From Narcine bancroftii (taxonomy: Eukaryota), in assembly GCF_036971445.1 (NCBI RefSeq), contig NC_091480.1:96534001-96598000 (forward strand): 64,000 nt of DNA, given 5' to 3'. The stretch's first letter is position 1. Each line of letters opens with the position of its first letter. Made by a program: the position numbers and the translations under genes. Below are positions 63,306 through 64,000 of this stretch, piece by piece. The notes beneath the pieces were generated by a model. That model was not told the DNA's origin. It made no database searches and saw only the letters and a list, made by a program, of their open reading frames with translations.

Positions 63306-64000
63306 TTTAATTAGAAACTATATTATGGTCCTCTACTGTGTGACTGCATTGTAATACAGATACTTATAAGACAAAAACACATTTATACCTCTGACAAAGT
63401 AATAGTGCTTTCTGTAATTGTGAAGCAGAGATAGATGCTCCTTTAATAATTACGGGCTTTTATTCCAGTATCAAATATAAAGCGTTGAATTCGATTTGTT
63501 GTACTCCATCTCATCTCATTGGAGAAAATCGCTTTATCTCTTGTGGAGTTGTAACGATCAGTACTCTTTGGCCGTGGCCTGACAGCACTGGAAGATTTTG
63601 TCAGATCGTGCGAATGAAACAGAAAAGCTGAAGTTCTCATTCTTGGCTGGGTTCATTAAGCTCGTATGAGTGACAATGTGGCTAGTACAGTTGACATCAA
63701 CACTGTTGTCCCTCAGGGAAGGGAAAATAGGCTGATGGCAGTGATCACTGACTGGTCTATGCAAGGACAGAGATGGAATGAGTTCTAATGGCTCACAGAT
63801 AAACACCATGTCAGTGCTGTGATCTGGATTCATTCAATGTGCAGCTACTTGGGAAGGTTACTTTGACATGTTATGAAACAACATTTTGCTTTTTTGAAAG
63901 AGCTAGAAAAGAATTAAGAAATTCTAATTTTTGAAGTTTCAAGCAAATAATTTTATTTCAATGAGATTTGCAATTACAGGTAGACTCCGCTTTACGAATA

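Noticed and set aside
44008-64000. Further MYO1D exons (IQ/TH1) or a nested gene
   Set aside because: I found no VWRG-type exon with splice sites. The ORFs here are LINE remnants or short random frames, though a small exon could be missed by eye.

Overview
This is eukaryotic vertebrate genomic DNA, most likely from a cartilaginous fish (ray/skate/shark; inferred from the repeat content). It contains nine consecutive + strand coding exons of an unconventional class I myosin, MYO1D: 924-1127, 4450-4595, 7470-7584, 9378-9548, 17034-17104, 19755-19829, 24380-24512, 30928-31094 and 43800-44007. All have canonical AG/GT ends and consistent phases, and they splice to 1290 nt (430 codons) running from the motor domain to the start of IQ1. 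The gene begins before the window and continues after it. The rest is intron, densely filled with mobile elements: RTE, CR1, Rex1/Babar-like and L1-like LINE fragments, tRNA-derived V-SINEs, Penelope-like elements, solo LTRs, and hAT, Tigger-like and Harbinger-like DNA elements. The most notable observations are (1) short palindromic Penelope-derived insertions carrying minimal hammerhead-ribozyme motifs on both strands, (2) a composite two-MITE hAT unit, (3) a 1.7 kb hAT element carrying captured repeats and a new minisatellite, (4) an inverted pair of solo LTRs, whose sense copy sits 57 nt before an exon and has AGTAAA in place of AATAAA, and (5) two local templated duplications. No prokaryotic-type system, CRISPR array or RNA gene is supported. 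Family names come from motif recognition only, without database searches.
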